A stretch of DNA of 63,892 bases, the filler included. It is 6 parts of 6 records of this genome, joined end to end, with 100 filler letters (N's around TTAATTAATTAA, not from the genome) between each part and the next. Parts side by side here need not be neighbours in the genome. Positions count along the whole stretch, not along the records: positions 1 to 8,453 come from DRR723986_17731; positions 8,554 to 21,030 come from DRR723986_17733; 4 more parts are not named here. The stretch is one strand, 5' to 3'. Below, piece by piece: positions 1 to 9,831 of the stretch. Made by a program: the position numbers and the translations under genes. Every line of letters begins with the position of its first letter. Position 1 is the stretch's first letter. Below the pieces are notes generated by a model, which saw only the letters and a program-made list of their open reading frames with translations, was not told the origin of the DNA and did not search any database.

Positions 1-957
1 CCGGCCAGCCGCCGCAAAAGCGAAATTCACAAAGTAGTCACCTACCTTCGACGCCTGCAAAAACGCGGCAAAGATAATGAACAGGATAATGTAGGTCGAA
101 GACACCGCCGTGGTCGGCCCGAGAATACCCGCGTCGGTATAGACCTGGCTGAAGAAGCGCTGCACCGACAGCCCGGGATACCCCAGAAAGCCCGGAAGGT
201 AGGGGCCGGCGAAGACGTAGGCCAGAAACACCAGTGCAATCACCACCAGAGCCATACCGGCTACCCGGCGGGTAAGCTCCATAATCAGCGCGGTACCGGC
301 CACAGCGGCAAAAGAAATACCCACGGGGGCGAACGCGGTGCCGGTGGTCATCCGCATGGAGGTGTTGAACACCACCAGCAGGTAGGCAGCAACCGCCACA
401 GAGCAGATGATGAGAACCAGATCCGGCACGCTGAACCGGGCACGATCGCGCTGGTGGAACCAGCTCATGACAATACCCACACCGGAAGCCGCCAGCAGCG
501 GCCAGCCAAAATGCCAGGTTTCAAGTTCGGCGGGAATCCGCAGGGTGCCACCCAGAATCATCTGGTGGAAGGCATAAGTCTGGTACAGCGCATAGAGCGC
601 GGGAATCAGTGCGACTGCTGCAAACCAGGTGGTCCAGCGATGCCTCGCAGCACCTTCTTCACCGGAAACGAAGCGGGCACCGGCAAACAGGATAAAGCCC
701 AACACCAGGGCACCGGCCACGTGCACAATACGGAACGACCAGGTTTCCATGGGCGACACGTTCAGGGTGTAGAGGTGAAACGCCGAATAGGCAATCGCCA
801 GCAACACGACGAACTTCAGCAAAATACCGGTGTACAGGCGGCGGTTCGCCTCCACCGGCTCTTCGTCCACATTGTGGGCCAATACATGGTCTTCATTGAC
901 CGTCAGGTTTTCTGCCAGCTGGATTTCACCGCTGGCATGGGATTGTTCTTTGGTCAT
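1..957 (-). CDS. TRAP transporter fused 4TM/12TM permease (TAXI-associated), 3' truncated at window edge
   Basis: Manual translation from ATG at 957 gives MTKEQSHASGEIQ...LAIAYSAFHLYTLNVSPMETWSFRIVHVAGALVLGF...VGDYFVNFAFAAAGR. Polytopic membrane protein directly downstream of a TAXI receptor; missing from the ORF track because no stop lies in the window. Confidence 0.88.
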   Translation of the reverse strand, partial: MTKEQSHASGEIQLAENLTVNEDHVLAHNVDEEPVEANRRLYTGILLKFVVLLAIAYSAFHLYTLNVSPMETWSFRIVHVAGALVLGFILFAGARFVSGEEGAARHRWTTWFAAVALIPALYALYQTYAFHQMILGGTLRIPAELETWHFGWPLLAASGVGIVMSWFHQRDRARFSVPDLVLIICSVAVAAYLLVVFNTSMRMTTGTAFAPVGISFAAVAGTALIMELTRRVAGMALVVIALVFLAYVFAGPYLPGFLGYPGLSVQRFFSQVYTDAGILGPTTAVSSTYIILFIIFAAFLQASKVGDYFVNFAFAAAGR

Positions 958-1004
958 GATAAGTCCTGCCTGTCTGAGAGGCGGTGAATCGGTATCGACC
1001 GGAT

Positions 1005-1033
1005 GCCGAAGGGGCGTCAGGCGACCCTTCGGC
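1005..1033. other. Intercistronic stem-loop between TAXI receptor and permease
   Basis: GCCGAAGGG (1005-1013) pairs with CCCTTCGGC (1025-1033); no U-tract. Confidence 0.5.
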
Positions 1034-1041
1034 CAGGTTCA

Positions 1042-2019
1042 TTACTGCTTGATGGCAGCGTCTTCGATGGGATAGCCGTTCTCGTTGAACCAGCGTGCTG
1101 CACCCGGATGCCAGGGCAGTACCTTGTTCTTGGTGTAGTTCTCGGGGACGGAGTGGCGCGCTGCCTTATGGATCGACACCATCTTGTCGTTGTTCTCCAT
1201 GGTCAGCTTGGTGATTTCATACACAAAGCTTTCCGGCATATCGCAGTTCACCATGGCGAAGTTCCACATGGAGACCACACGGGACGGAGCATCCAGGGAC
1301 TGGTAGGTGCTGGCCGGAATCACGAATTCAGACACCGGGAAGTTATCGACGATCTTCTTGGCTTCGTCATCGTTCATGCCAATCACGTTAACGTCGGTCT
1401 GGACTTCCAGCTGGCTGACCGCCGGAATGGGAATACCGGCTGCGAAGGCCACCACATCAATCAGACCGTCCTGAAGCTGACCACCGAGGTCTGACCAGCT
1501 ACCGTTACGGCGCTCGAACTTGACGCCCAGCGTTTCCATCATGCGCGGGAAGTAGGTATCCGAGGTGGAACCGGCCGGCCCGAAACCAATGGTGGCGCCG
1601 TCCGGAATCTCGGAGATGCTGGTAATACCGGAGCTGGACAGCGTGGCAATGGAGAACGGGGTTTCATACATCGGGAACATGGCACAGACGTTGTCCATCT
1701 TCATGCCCGGTGCCAGCGGGCTCTGCCCGTCCACGGACTCACGGGCGGGGCCCATGGTAGTCAGGCCAAACTTCAGGTCTCCGGTGTGGACCAGCGCCAT
1801 GTTCTGAACCGGGCCGCCGGTGATTTCAGCGCCACCAGACACCCCCAGATTCTCCGCCACAAAGTTCGCCCAGCCGGAGCCATAGGCAAAGTAGGTGCCG
1901 CCCTGGCTTGCCGTGCCAACGGTAAAGCTCTCAGGCCAGCCGGCACGATCCTGGGCAATCACAGGGCCAGCAACAACGGAGGAGGCGATCGCAGCCGCCA
2001 GAATGGTTTGAAGTTTCAT
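1042..2019 (-). CDS. TAXI family TRAP transporter solute-binding subunit
   Basis: Signal peptide; motifs GTASQGGTYFAYGSG, TGGPVQN, GPAGST and LPWHPGAARWF are typical of TAXI receptors. Confidence 0.93.
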   Translation of the reverse strand: MKLQTILAAAIASSVVAGPVIAQDRAGWPESFTVGTASQGGTYFAYGSGWANFVAENLGVSGGAEITGGPVQNMALVHTGDLKFGLTTMGPARESVDGQSPLAPGMKMDNVCAMFPMYETPFSIATLSSSGITSISEIPDGATIGFGPAGSTSDTYFPRMMETLGVKFERRNGSWSDLGGQLQDGLIDVVAFAAGIPIPAVSQLEVQTDVNVIGMNDDEAKKIVDNFPVSEFVIPASTYQSLDAPSRVVSMWNFAMVNCDMPESFVYEITKLTMENNDKMVSIHKAARHSVPENYTKNKVLPWHPGAARWFNENGYPIEDAAIKQ

Positions 2020-2091
2020 AAGAAATGCTCCCGATTCATCTTGTTGGTTGGGTGCTGATGAGACCTCCCCGGCCTCGCTGGGGGAGCATCC

Positions 2092-2107
2092 AGCAAGGGC
2101 CGGGCCA
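2092..2107 (-). promoter_or_regulatory. sigma54 (-24/-12) promoter of the TAXI-TRAP operon
   Basis: Minus strand reads TGGCCCGGCCCTTGCT, with GG-N10-GC spacing matching TGGCAC-N5-TTGCW, about 70 nt upstream of the TAXI start. Confidence 0.75.
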
Positions 2108-2170
2108 GTTCGGGAAACTACTTATAAAACAGATTTCTAAGCCGGATTGGCCGGAAGGACATGCAATTAA

Positions 2171-2220
2171 TGGGTGGATTTCCACCCAGAGAAGAATCGC
2201 CTATGGGTGGAAACCCACCC
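2171..2220. promoter_or_regulatory. Two palindromic upstream activator sequences for an enhancer-binding protein (DctD-like)
   Basis: TGGGTGGATTTCCACCCA (2171-2188) and TGGGTGGAAACCCACCC (2204-2220), 33 bp apart, upstream of the sigma54 motif. Confidence 0.65.
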
Positions 2221-2241
2221 CTATGGGGAGCGCCTGAACGC

Positions 2242-2667
2242 TTACCAACGACCCTGCAAAGTCGCCACAATTTTACGACCACCGGCATGATTCCGGTGTT
2301 CGCAAAGGTAGATGCCCTGCCAGGTACCGAGAGCCAGATGGCCATGGCTGATGGGGATGGTCAGCGACGGCCCGATAATCACGCTTTTGATGTGGGAGGT
2401 GGTGTCATCAGGGCCTTCCAGGGTGTGCTCGTAATAGTCGGCGTGTTCCGGCACCATCACATTGAAGTGACGCTCCAGATCGCCACGCACGTCCGGGTCG
2501 GCGTTTTCATTGATGGCAAGAGAAGCGGAGGTGTGCTGTATGAACAGGTTCAGCAACCCCACTTCGCAGTTAGTCAGTTCCGGCGCCTGGGCCAGGATTT
2601 CGTTGGTCACCAGGTTAAATCCCCTGGGCAGCGGGGCCAGCTCAATAGTGTTCTGGTGCCAGATCAT
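2242..2667 (-). CDS. yjbQ: YjbQ/UPF0047 family protein (secondary thiamine-phosphate synthase)
   Basis: Motifs HTSASLAINENADPDV, HTLEGPDD..SHIK and LGTWQGIYLCEHR. Confidence 0.93.
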   Translation of the reverse strand: MIWHQNTIELAPLPRGFNLVTNEILAQAPELTNCEVGLLNLFIQHTSASLAINENADPDVRGDLERHFNVMVPEHADYYEHTLEGPDDTTSHIKSVIIGPSLTIPISHGHLALGTWQGIYLCEHRNHAGGRKIVATLQGRW

Positions 2668-2685
2668 ACGTGCTCCAACAGTCGG

Positions 2686-3753
2686 TTATTTCTGAAGTTC
2701 ATCCCAGGGGTGTACCGGCACCACCGCTTCTTCCGACATCTCGCTCTCGAAGGAACTGCGGAAGTAATCCATGGCCTTCTCGGCCTCACCCAACTCATCA
2801 AACCGCGCCACGTGGTAGATGGCCTCACCTTCGTTCACCAAGGGCAGGTTGTTCACACAGATGACGATCCCGGAACAGGGTGAAGTAATAGCCACTTCAG
2901 TCTCGCCAAAGGGGTCGGCTACCATGGCCAGCCGCTGCCCCTTGCGGACCTTCTGGCCCAGCCTGGCCACCGGCCGCATGATGCCGTCGATGTCTGCCCG
3001 CACCCACTGCGAATTGGCCGCCGTTTCCGAACGCTTTTTCGGCGCCTTGGGACCTTTCTTGGCCGGCACCATTTCCAGTTCCCGCATTACCCGGATAATG
3101 CCCTTCACGCCGCTGGCAATGACGACATCGTCAAAGCGCAGGGCTTCGCCGCCTTCAAATGTAATAACCGGAATATCCAGTGAATCGGCGTAGGCACGCA
3201 GGCTACCTTCGCGCAAACCGGCATTGATGATAATCGGTGCACCGAAAGCCTCAGCCATTCGAGAGGTTTCGGGATTTTTCAGTTCCGCACGGATCTGCGG
3301 CAGATTGAACCGGTGAATGGCGCCGGTATGCAGATCGATAATGTGGGTGACGCTTTCCATGATCTGGGTGCGCAACAGATAGGCAATACGCCCACCCAGA
3401 GAACCACTCTCTGAGCCCGGGAAACACCGATTCAAATCCCGCCGGTCTGGCAAGTAGCGGGTACGCTGTACAAACCCGAAGATATTGACAATGGGAACCG
3501 CCACCAGGGTGCCCCGAAGGTGCCGGAGCGCGGAGTTCTTCAACACCCGGCGGATGATTTCAACACCGTTGATCTCATCGCCGTGAATGGCACCACACAC
3601 CATCAACACCGGGCCGTCCCGGCGACCGTGCACCACTTCCACTGGAATGTGCAGCGGGGTATGGGTGTAGAGTTTTGCCACCGGGACTTCCACGGTCTCC
3701 CGGGTACCGGCTTTCACCTGTACGCCGGCAATCTCAAACGGTGCTCTGGCCAT
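2686..3753 (-). CDS. Succinylglutamate desuccinylase/aspartoacylase family (M14-like) protein
   Basis: Zn-carboxypeptidase motifs AIHGDEING, RDLNRCFPG, IDLHTG and FEGG; C-terminal biotinyl-like hairpin. Confidence 0.9.
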   Translation of the reverse strand: MARAPFEIAGVQVKAGTRETVEVPVAKLYTHTPLHIPVEVVHGRRDGPVLMVCGAIHGDEINGVEIIRRVLKNSALRHLRGTLVAVPIVNIFGFVQRTRYLPDRRDLNRCFPGSESGSLGGRIAYLLRTQIMESVTHIIDLHTGAIHRFNLPQIRAELKNPETSRMAEAFGAPIIINAGLREGSLRAYADSLDIPVITFEGGEALRFDDVVIASGVKGIIRVMRELEMVPAKKGPKAPKKRSETAANSQWVRADIDGIMRPVARLGQKVRKGQRLAMVADPFGETEVAITSPCSGIVICVNNLPLVNEGEAIYHVARFDELGEAEKAMDYFRSSFESEMSEEAVVPVHPWDELQK

Positions 3754-3759
3754 GCCTGC

Positions 3760-4665
3760 TTATCCCCTGCCCCGGGTTTTGGTTTTCCAGGGTTTATAGT
3801 TCTTTTCGGTCCAGTTGATGATCATGCCGGCCACGTTCTTGCCGGTGGCATTTTCAATACCCTCCAGGCCCGGCGAAGAGTTTACCTCCATCACCAGCGG
3901 GCCACGGCTGGAACGCAGCAGGTCAACACCGGCCACATTCAGGCCCATGGCCTTTGCGGCGGTGATGGCGGTGCGGCGTTCTTCCGGGGTAATCCGCACC
4001 AGCGAGGCGGTGCCGCCGCGGTGCAGGTTGGAGCGGAATTCGCCTTCGGCGCCCTGGCGCTTCATGGCGGCAATGACCTTGTCACCGATCACGAAACAGC
4101 GAATATCGGCACCGCCCGCTTCTTTGATGAATTCCTGCACCAGAATGTCGGCTTTCAGGCCCATAAAGGCTTCAATAACACTTTCTGCCGCCTTACGGGT
4201 TTCCGCCAGCACCACACCGATACCCTGGGTGCCCTGCAGCAGCTTGATGACCACCGGAGCCCCCCCCACCATTTTCAGCAGTTCCGGCACGTTGTCAGGT
4301 TTATTGGCAAAACCGGTCACCGGCATGCCGACACCTTTGCGGGCCAGCAACTGTAAAGAGCGCAGCTTGTCTCGCGAACGGGTAATGGCAACCGATTCAT
4401 TCACAGGAAACACGCCCATCATCTCAAACTGCCTGAGCACCGCAGTGCCGTAAAAAGTGACTGAGGCACCAATGCGGGGGATAACAACATCGAAATCCTC
4501 CAGCACTTCTTCGTGGTAGTGGATTTTCGGGTCAGCAGAGGTGATGTTCATGGAGCAGTGCAGGCAGTCGATGACCTTCACTTCGTGGCCACGGTTAATG
4601 CCTTCCTCCACCAGACGCCGGGTCGAATACAGGTGACGGTTTCGGGACAGTACCGCAATTTTCAT
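3760..4665 (-). CDS. rimK: RimK alpha-L-glutamate ligase (ATP-grasp)
   Basis: [56 protein letters not shown]. Confidence 0.96.
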   Translation of the reverse strand: MKIAVLSRNRHLYSTRRLVEEGINRGHEVKVIDCLHCSMNITSADPKIHYHEEVLEDFDVVIPRIGASVTFYGTAVLRQFEMMGVFPVNESVAITRSRDKLRSLQLLARKGVGMPVTGFANKPDNVPELLKMVGGAPVVIKLLQGTQGIGVVLAETRKAAESVIEAFMGLKADILVQEFIKEAGGADIRCFVIGDKVIAAMKRQGAEGEFRSNLHRGGTASLVRITPEERRTAITAAKAMGLNVAGVDLLRSSRGPLVMEVNSSPGLEGIENATGKNVAGMIINWTEKNYKPWKTKTRGRG

Positions 4666-4667
4666 AG

Positions 4668-5159
4668 TCAGGTCCTTGGTGCCGGCTCACCGGCAAGATA
4701 AGAAGCTTCGGGGTAAATCGTTGAGCGTCCCGCCATGGCGGTGCGCCCAAGTAACATCCGGAACCGCATGGAGTCCCGGTTGGTCAGTGTCATTTCAATG
4801 GGCCAGCTCTGGTCGCCCAGGACCAGCGTGGTTTCAATCACCAGGCGTTGTTCCTTGTGGCCACCGGAATCCGATACCGTGCGCTCGTCCAGCACCCGGG
4901 CATCGCATTCCACCACATGGTGCAGATCGTTCTGAACCGGGTGCACCCAGAACTTCACACGACGTTCGCCGTTTTCGGTATAGGGCTCGGTTCGGAACGT
5001 GTGCAGACAGGATGTCCTGGCGCCAGTATCCACCTTGGCCTTGATACGCTGGATATCAAGATCCGGCAGCGCCACCCATTCCCGCCACCCCAGACTAACC
5101 TTGTTCTCCGCGGCTTTCGGGGGAGTGGTTTTGATGGCTTCAGGTTTTATTGTCGACAT
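4668..5159 (-). CDS. RimK-associated retropepsin-like aspartyl protease (RimB-like; often annotated ATP-dependent zinc protease)
   Basis: [21 protein letters not shown] (catalytic DTG) and MLLGRTAM; start moved to the ATG at 5159 behind an AAGGA RBS. Confidence 0.88.
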   Translation of the reverse strand: MSTIKPEAIKTTPPKAAENKVSLGWREWVALPDLDIQRIKAKVDTGARTSCLHTFRTEPYTENGERRVKFWVHPVQNDLHHVVECDARVLDERTVSDSGGHKEQRLVIETTLVLGDQSWPIEMTLTNRDSMRFRMLLGRTAMAGRSTIYPEASYLAGEPAPRT

Positions 5160-6027
5160 CCGGTAATTCCTTTTCTTGCTGTTGTTCCGACCCGACCAGC
5201 TGTATGCGGAAAGGTTCGGAATGACTGCCGGCGTAGACACTGGTGTGGGGAAACGGTATTTCAATACCGGCCCCGTCCAGTGCCTTCTTGATGGCGACCA
5301 TCATGCCGCCTTTACCTTCCAGGAAATCCTCCCGTGCCACCCAGAAGGAAAACTGGAGATCCACAGAAGAGGGCCCGAAACCGGTCACCAGCACAAATGG
5401 CCGGGGCTCTTCCAGGCAATGCGGATTGGTCTCCGCCAGCCCGAGCAACAGATCCCGCACCCGCTCCACATCTTCAGCGTAGGCGATACCGATTACCAAA
5501 TCGATCCGCCGGATCGGAAACCGGGACCGGTTCACCACCCGGGTTTTGATCAGGGTTTCATTGGGGATACGCACATACAGGTTGTCCGGTGTTCTCAGCT
5601 TTACACTGAGCAGATCAATCGCCACCACCTCACCAATGGTGGCATCCGCTTCGATGACATCGCCTATCTCAAACGGGCGCTCCATCACCAGAAACAGGCC
5701 ACTGATGATGTTGGAAGCCGATGTCTGCGAAGCAAAGCCAATGGCTACCGTAAGAATACCGGCCGCCCCCAGCACCACTTCCAGTGAAAACCCGGCTTCC
5801 CGCAGTGCTGCGATAGCAAACAGCACGAAAATCACATAGAACACCAAGCGCCGGATGAGCACCTGGTGGTGCCGTGAAGTGCGGCTTTCGACCAGCCGCC
5901 CGACGCTCCGGGCCAGCATGGTACCCAGGAAGATACCCAGCACCAGCAAAAAGCCCGCCGCCAGCCACTGCCCCCAGGCAATGCCACTGATCAATTGAAT
6001 AAACGTAGCCTCAATAGCCTCAATCAA
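5140..6027 (-). CDS. MscS family small-conductance mechanosensitive channel
   Basis: Three TM helices; [40 protein letters not shown]. Confidence 0.92.
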   Translation of the reverse strand: MIEAIEATFIQLISGIAWGQWLAAGFLLVLGIFLGTMLARSVGRLVESRTSRHHQVLIRRLVFYVIFVLFAIAALREAGFSLEVVLGAAGILTVAIGFASQTSASNIISGLFLVMERPFEIGDVIEADATIGEVVAIDLLSVKLRTPDNLYVRIPNETLIKTRVVNRSRFPIRRIDLVIGIAYAEDVERVRDLLLGLAETNPHCLEEPRPFVLVTGFGPSSVDLQFSFWVAREDFLEGKGGMMVAIKKALDGAGIEIPFPHTSVYAGSHSEPFRIQLVGSEQQQEKELPDVDNKT

Positions 6028-6047
6028 CAGAGTTGCTCCTGATTCTG

Positions 6048-6860
6048 TCAGCCAAACATCCGGTCAAACGCCCGCACCAGGCGGCGCCCTTTGGCCAGCT
6101 TTTCCCGGGGCGGCGCCACCAGTTGGCATTGACCGGCACAAGCGGGTACCGACTGTTCAATATTCAGGCTGGCAGAGTTCATATCGGTTTCACACTCTAC
6201 CGTGACTCCCGGCGTCCACAGCTGTCCACGCTCGTTACGATAAAGGGCCAGCAATGGCGTGGGCAGGCTGAACCTCTCCAGCAGCAGTGACTGCTCACGG
6301 CGATTGATGATGGTCACCGGAGTAACGGCCCGCCAGGGCCGTTTCGGCACCGCCTCAAGTGCCAGACGACCAAACGTGGAGGAAGCGTAGCAAAGCTCTC
6401 CCTCCATGGTGTTACGGCCAAGCCAGGTCATGGAGGGCACGGCCAGCGGGATCTCGGTCAGCTCCGTTTGCCCATCACCTACACACACTTTCATCCACAA
6501 GGATGTTCCCACGTAAAGCAAACAGCGCCCACCGGCAGGAATGGTTAAAGGCTGGAACGGCCGTATAACCGTGGGACGACAGCCCATAGCGGGGTTGAAG
6601 CGGACGATACCGTTATCATCCATACGCACAAAACGCTGCACCGGGATATCAGCGGATGGCACGGTATGGCCCAGGGTTTCCTGCCAGTGGAGCGGGTCGG
6701 AATGAATATCCAGCTTTTGCTCTCGAACCTGCCACTCCAGATCCAGCAGGGTAATCCACACCCGGGTATGCCCGAGCTGATGCTGTTGCGTCTGGCCAGA
6801 TGCCAGTTGATAGGGGTGCGCCCAGACACCTTCGCGCTGGCTTTCGGTTTGCTCGGTCAT
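6048..6860 (-). CDS. DUF432-like hypothetical protein
   Basis: RPTVIRP, PSMTWLGRNTMEGELCYAS, RAVTPVTIIN, LERFSLPTPLL; ends RRLVRAFDRMFG. First gene of the MscS-RimK operon; start set at the ATG at 6860. Confidence 0.65.
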   Translation of the reverse strand: MTEQTESQREGVWAHPYQLASGQTQQHQLGHTRVWITLLDLEWQVREQKLDIHSDPLHWQETLGHTVPSADIPVQRFVRMDDNGIVRFNPAMGCRPTVIRPFQPLTIPAGGRCLLYVGTSLWMKVCVGDGQTELTEIPLAVPSMTWLGRNTMEGELCYASSTFGRLALEAVPKRPWRAVTPVTIINRREQSLLLERFSLPTPLLALYRNERGQLWTPGVTVECETDMNSASLNIEQSVPACAGQCQLVAPPREKLAKGRRLVRAFDRMFG

Positions 6861-7011
6861 GCCTGCGAAACGGCTCCTTGTTGTCAGCGTGATTCGATGG
6901 CGGCTGGTTTTAACTATAATCCAATCCGGTAGTTGCAGCGAATATACAAGCCTATGATTTTTTGGGTTGTATTTACCCTTATATGCACCCGTCAACGACC
7001 TGGATGACCCG

Positions 7012-8403
7012 ATGACACAACTGGTGTGGTTCCGTAACGACCTTCGGCTTGCCGACAACCCTGCCCTGACGGCCGCGTGCCAGTCAGGAGAACCGGTGCG
7101 CGCGTGTTTTGTAGTCACCCCTCAGCAATGGCAGGAACACGACTGGTCTGCCGCCCGGGTACGCTTTGTTCTTGAACACGCCAACGCCCTGGCCCGGGAA
7201 CTGGCTGAGCTTGGCGTTCCACTGACATTCCTGAACGCCGAGCGTTTTTCGGATGGCAGCGATGCACTGCTGCAGTTCTGCAAGAACAGTGACATTGCCG
7301 ACGTCCATTTCAACGAGGAGTACGGCATTAACGAACGCCGCAGGGATAAAGCACTGCGCGATCGCCTGGTGGATTTCGGCATCCGGGTGAGCAAGTACCG
7401 GGATCAGACCGTCGCCCCGGTCGGCCAGATTCTGACCCAGCAGAACGAACCCTATTCGGTGTTTACGCCCTTCTCCCGTCGTTGGCGCAGTTGGATAGAG
7501 GAAACACGGCCCACTCTGCACCCCAGGCCCGCCGCGATCGGTAACGCGGTCAACCCCGAACAGACCGACACCCTGCCTGCGCCGTTCAGAGAGACACCGG
7601 AGCCCCTGGTACCAACGGGAGAGGATGCCGCTCACGAGCAGTTGGAAGCGTTTCTGGCGGAGCGCGCCAAGGACTACAAAGATAACCGGGACTTCCCGGC
7701 GCGGGATGGCACCAGCCATCTCTCCCCCTACCTGGCCAATGGCGTGCTCTCCGGGCGCCAGTGCCTGATTGCGGCAAAGCAATCCGGCCTTTCCGGGGAA
7801 GGCGTGGAAACCTGGATCAATGAAATCGCCTGGCGGGATTTCTACATCCATATCCTTTATCACTACCCGCGGGTGAGTATGGGACGTGCGTTCAAGGAGG
7901 AAACCGAGGCTCTGGCCTGGAATACGCCGGGCGAGCATTTCGAAGCCTGGAAGGAAGGCCGCACGGGCATCCCTATTGTGGATGCAGCCATGCGCCAGTT
8001 GAAAGCCACCGGCTGGATGCACAATCGCCTGCGGATGATCACTGCCATGTTCCTCACCAAGAACCTGTTTATCGACTGGCGGCTTGGTGAAGCCTGGTTT
8101 ATGCAGAATCTGGTGGATGGCTTTCTGGCGTCTAACAACGGTGGCTGGCAGTGGAGTGCCTCAACGGGTACCGATGCTGCGCCCTACTTTCGGGTGTTCA
8201 ATCCGGTGACCCAGAGTGAGCGGTTTGATCCTAAGGGGGAGTTTATTCGGAACTGGGTGCCGGAGCTGGCAAAGCTCGACAACAAGCGGATTCATGACCC
8301 TTCCAGGGGTGGTGTTATCCCAAAAGGCTATCCCAGACCCATTGTGGACCTGAAAGAGTCCCGCAAAGAAGCCATCGCCAGGTTTCAGGCGCTGAAGGAT
8401 TGA
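7012..8403 (+). CDS. phrB: Deoxyribodipyrimidine photolyase (class I CPD)
   Basis: LVWFRNDLRLADNPAL, TSHLSPYL, WREF-like WRDFY, GWMHNRLRM, SNNGGWQWSASTG, RVFNP. Confidence 0.95.
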   Translation: MTQLVWFRNDLRLADNPALTAACQSGEPVRACFVVTPQQWQEHDWSAARVRFVLEHANALARELAELGVPLTFLNAERFSDGSDALLQFCKNSDIADVHFNEEYGINERRRDKALRDRLVDFGIRVSKYRDQTVAPVGQILTQQNEPYSVFTPFSRRWRSWIEETRPTLHPRPAAIGNAVNPEQTDTLPAPFRETPEPLVPTGEDAAHEQLEAFLAERAKDYKDNRDFPARDGTSHLSPYLANGVLSGRQCLIAAKQSGLSGEGVETWINEIAWRDFYIHILYHYPRVSMGRAFKEETEALAWNTPGEHFEAWKEGRTGIPIVDAAMRQLKATGWMHNRLRMITAMFLTKNLFIDWRLGEAWFMQNLVDGFLASNNGGWQWSASTGTDAAPYFRVFNPVTQSERFDPKGEFIRNWVPELAKLDNKRIHDPSRGGVIPKGYPRPIVDLKESRKEAIARFQALKD

Positions 8404-8453
8404 GACTTTGGAGTCTCGTTGCCTGTCAGGGTTGGGGGAGGTCTTTCCAAAAC

Positions 8454-8553
8454 NNNNNNNNNNNNNNNNNNNNNNNNNNNNNNNNNNNNNNNNNNNNTTA
8501 ATTAATTAANNNNNNNNNNNNNNNNNNNNNNNNNNNNNNNNNNNNNNNNNNNN
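8454..8553. other. Artificial contig spacer (N-run + TTAATTAATTAA)
   Basis: 100-nt N block with an all-frame stop linker. Confidence 0.99.
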
Positions 8554-8565
8554 GAGCAAGCGGCC

Positions 8566-8606
8566 CATCCTTCGAGACAGCGCTCACGCGCTTCCTCAGG
8601 ATGAGG
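8566..8606. repeat. Alphaproteobacterial REP-like palindromic element at contig start
   Basis: CATCCTTCGAGAC-AGCGCTCACGCGCT-TCCTCAGGATGAGG, an imperfect hairpin of the type dispersed in Hyphomicrobiales intergenic DNA. Confidence 0.55.
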
Positions 8607-8682
8607 TCGCGAGGGAGGCGGGGGAAGAAAACCGGGTCACCACAGCAGTTGGCTAAGCAACCGGCCTCAGGCCAAACATTCC

Positions 8683-9831
8683 TCAGTCCAGCCGTTTCTT
8701 GAAGCGGAAAGCGGCGACGATCATGCCCAGAACAAAGAACCCGCACATCCAGAGCACGTCGCGGTGCAGCTCCAGCAGCCCGGCGTCCCGCAGGACGAAT
8801 CCTCTGATCATGCGCATGAAATGGGTCGCCGGAAACGCCTCGGCAATATACTGCGCAATCACCGGCATGCCTTCGTAGGGAAACATGAAGCCGGACAGCA
8901 GGATGGACGGCAGCAGCACGAACACCGTCATCTGGGTTGCCTGCAACTGGCTCTGGGCAATGGTCGACAGTACCAGGCCCAGTGACAGACTGGCTCCGAT
9001 GAAGAGCAATGTGCCAACAAAGAGATCGAATATCTTGTCGCCGAAAGGCACGTTGAACAGCAGGTGACCGAGCCCGAGGATGATCATCGTCTGCAATAGG
9101 CCGATGAAGATGTAGGGGATGATCTTGCCGATCATCAGCTCGATCGGCCGCACCGGTGTGTTGATCAGCATTTCCATGTTGCCGCGCTCGCGTTCGCGCA
9201 CGATTGCCGCCGATGTGAACATGATCATGGTCATGGTCAGGATGATGCCGACCAGGCCGGGCACGATGTTGATGGCGGTACGCTGTTCCGGGTTGAAGAA
9301 CAGGGCCACCTCGAAGGTCGGCGTCGACCGGTTCGGGGCCTGACGGTTCAATTCTGCCAGCGGCATGTTGCGCAGCGACTTGATGGCGCCTGCGATCATG
9401 GTGTCGGAGCCGTCGACGATCCACTGGGCAACAGGGCGGCTGGTTTCTTCGTCGGTGGAAGGCGGCGTGCCCAGGTTGGCGGCGGGCGAGCGGGCGACCC
9501 TCTGGGAGAGGTCGTTCGGCAGAATGAAGGCGGCGCGCACGCGCGCGGCCTTGATCGCGGTTTCCGCTTCCTCGATGCTGGTCAGGCGTTCGGTCACCTT
9601 TACGACACGGGTCGCTTCCACCATCTGGATCAAGATCCGGCTCAGCCCGGTCTGGCTGTGATCGACGACAGCTACGGGAATATCACGAATGTTAGTGTTG
9701 ATGGCGTAGCCGAACAGGATCAGCTGGATCAACGGGATCATGATGACCATGCCGAAGGTCATCCGATCCCGGCGCAGCTGGCTGAGTTCCTTGAAGAAGA
9801 TGGCCGATATCCGTGAAAGGGGTCTGATCAT
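8683..9831 (-). CDS. ABC-2 type exporter permease (YbhR/YbhS-like)
   Basis: KELSQLRRDR, VRERERGNMEML..TPV, LLSGFMFPYEGMP; periplasmic loop after TM1. Confidence 0.9.
   Translation of the reverse strand: MIRPLSRISAIFFKELSQLRRDRMTFGMVIMIPLIQLILFGYAINTNIRDIPVAVVDHSQTGLSRILIQMVEATRVVKVTERLTSIEEAETAIKAARVRAAFILPNDLSQRVARSPAANLGTPPSTDEETSRPVAQWIVDGSDTMIAGAIKSLRNMPLAELNRQAPNRSTPTFEVALFFNPEQRTAINIVPGLVGIILTMTMIMFTSAAIVRERERGNMEMLINTPVRPIELMIGKIIPYIFIGLLQTMIILGLGHLLFNVPFGDKIFDLFVGTLLFIGASLSLGLVLSTIAQSQLQATQMTVFVLLPSILLSGFMFPYEGMPVIAQYIAEAFPATHFMRMIRGFVLRDAGLLELHRDVLWMCGFFVLGMIVAAFRFKKRLD

Noticed and set aside
6940-7000. Light-responsive (LitR/CarH) operator upstream of photolyase
   Set aside because: AT-rich, but no convincing TGTACA-type palindrome.
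8402-8453. Terminator after phrB
   Set aside because: The GAGACT-TTGG-AGTCTC hairpin is short and lacks a U-tract; the sequence after it looks like the start of a truncated dispersed repeat.
8498-9424. ORFs running into N spacers (also 20895-21086, 31897-32295, 37660-37917)
   Set aside because: Artefacts ending in the TTAATTAATTAA linker; they overlap real genes or repeats.
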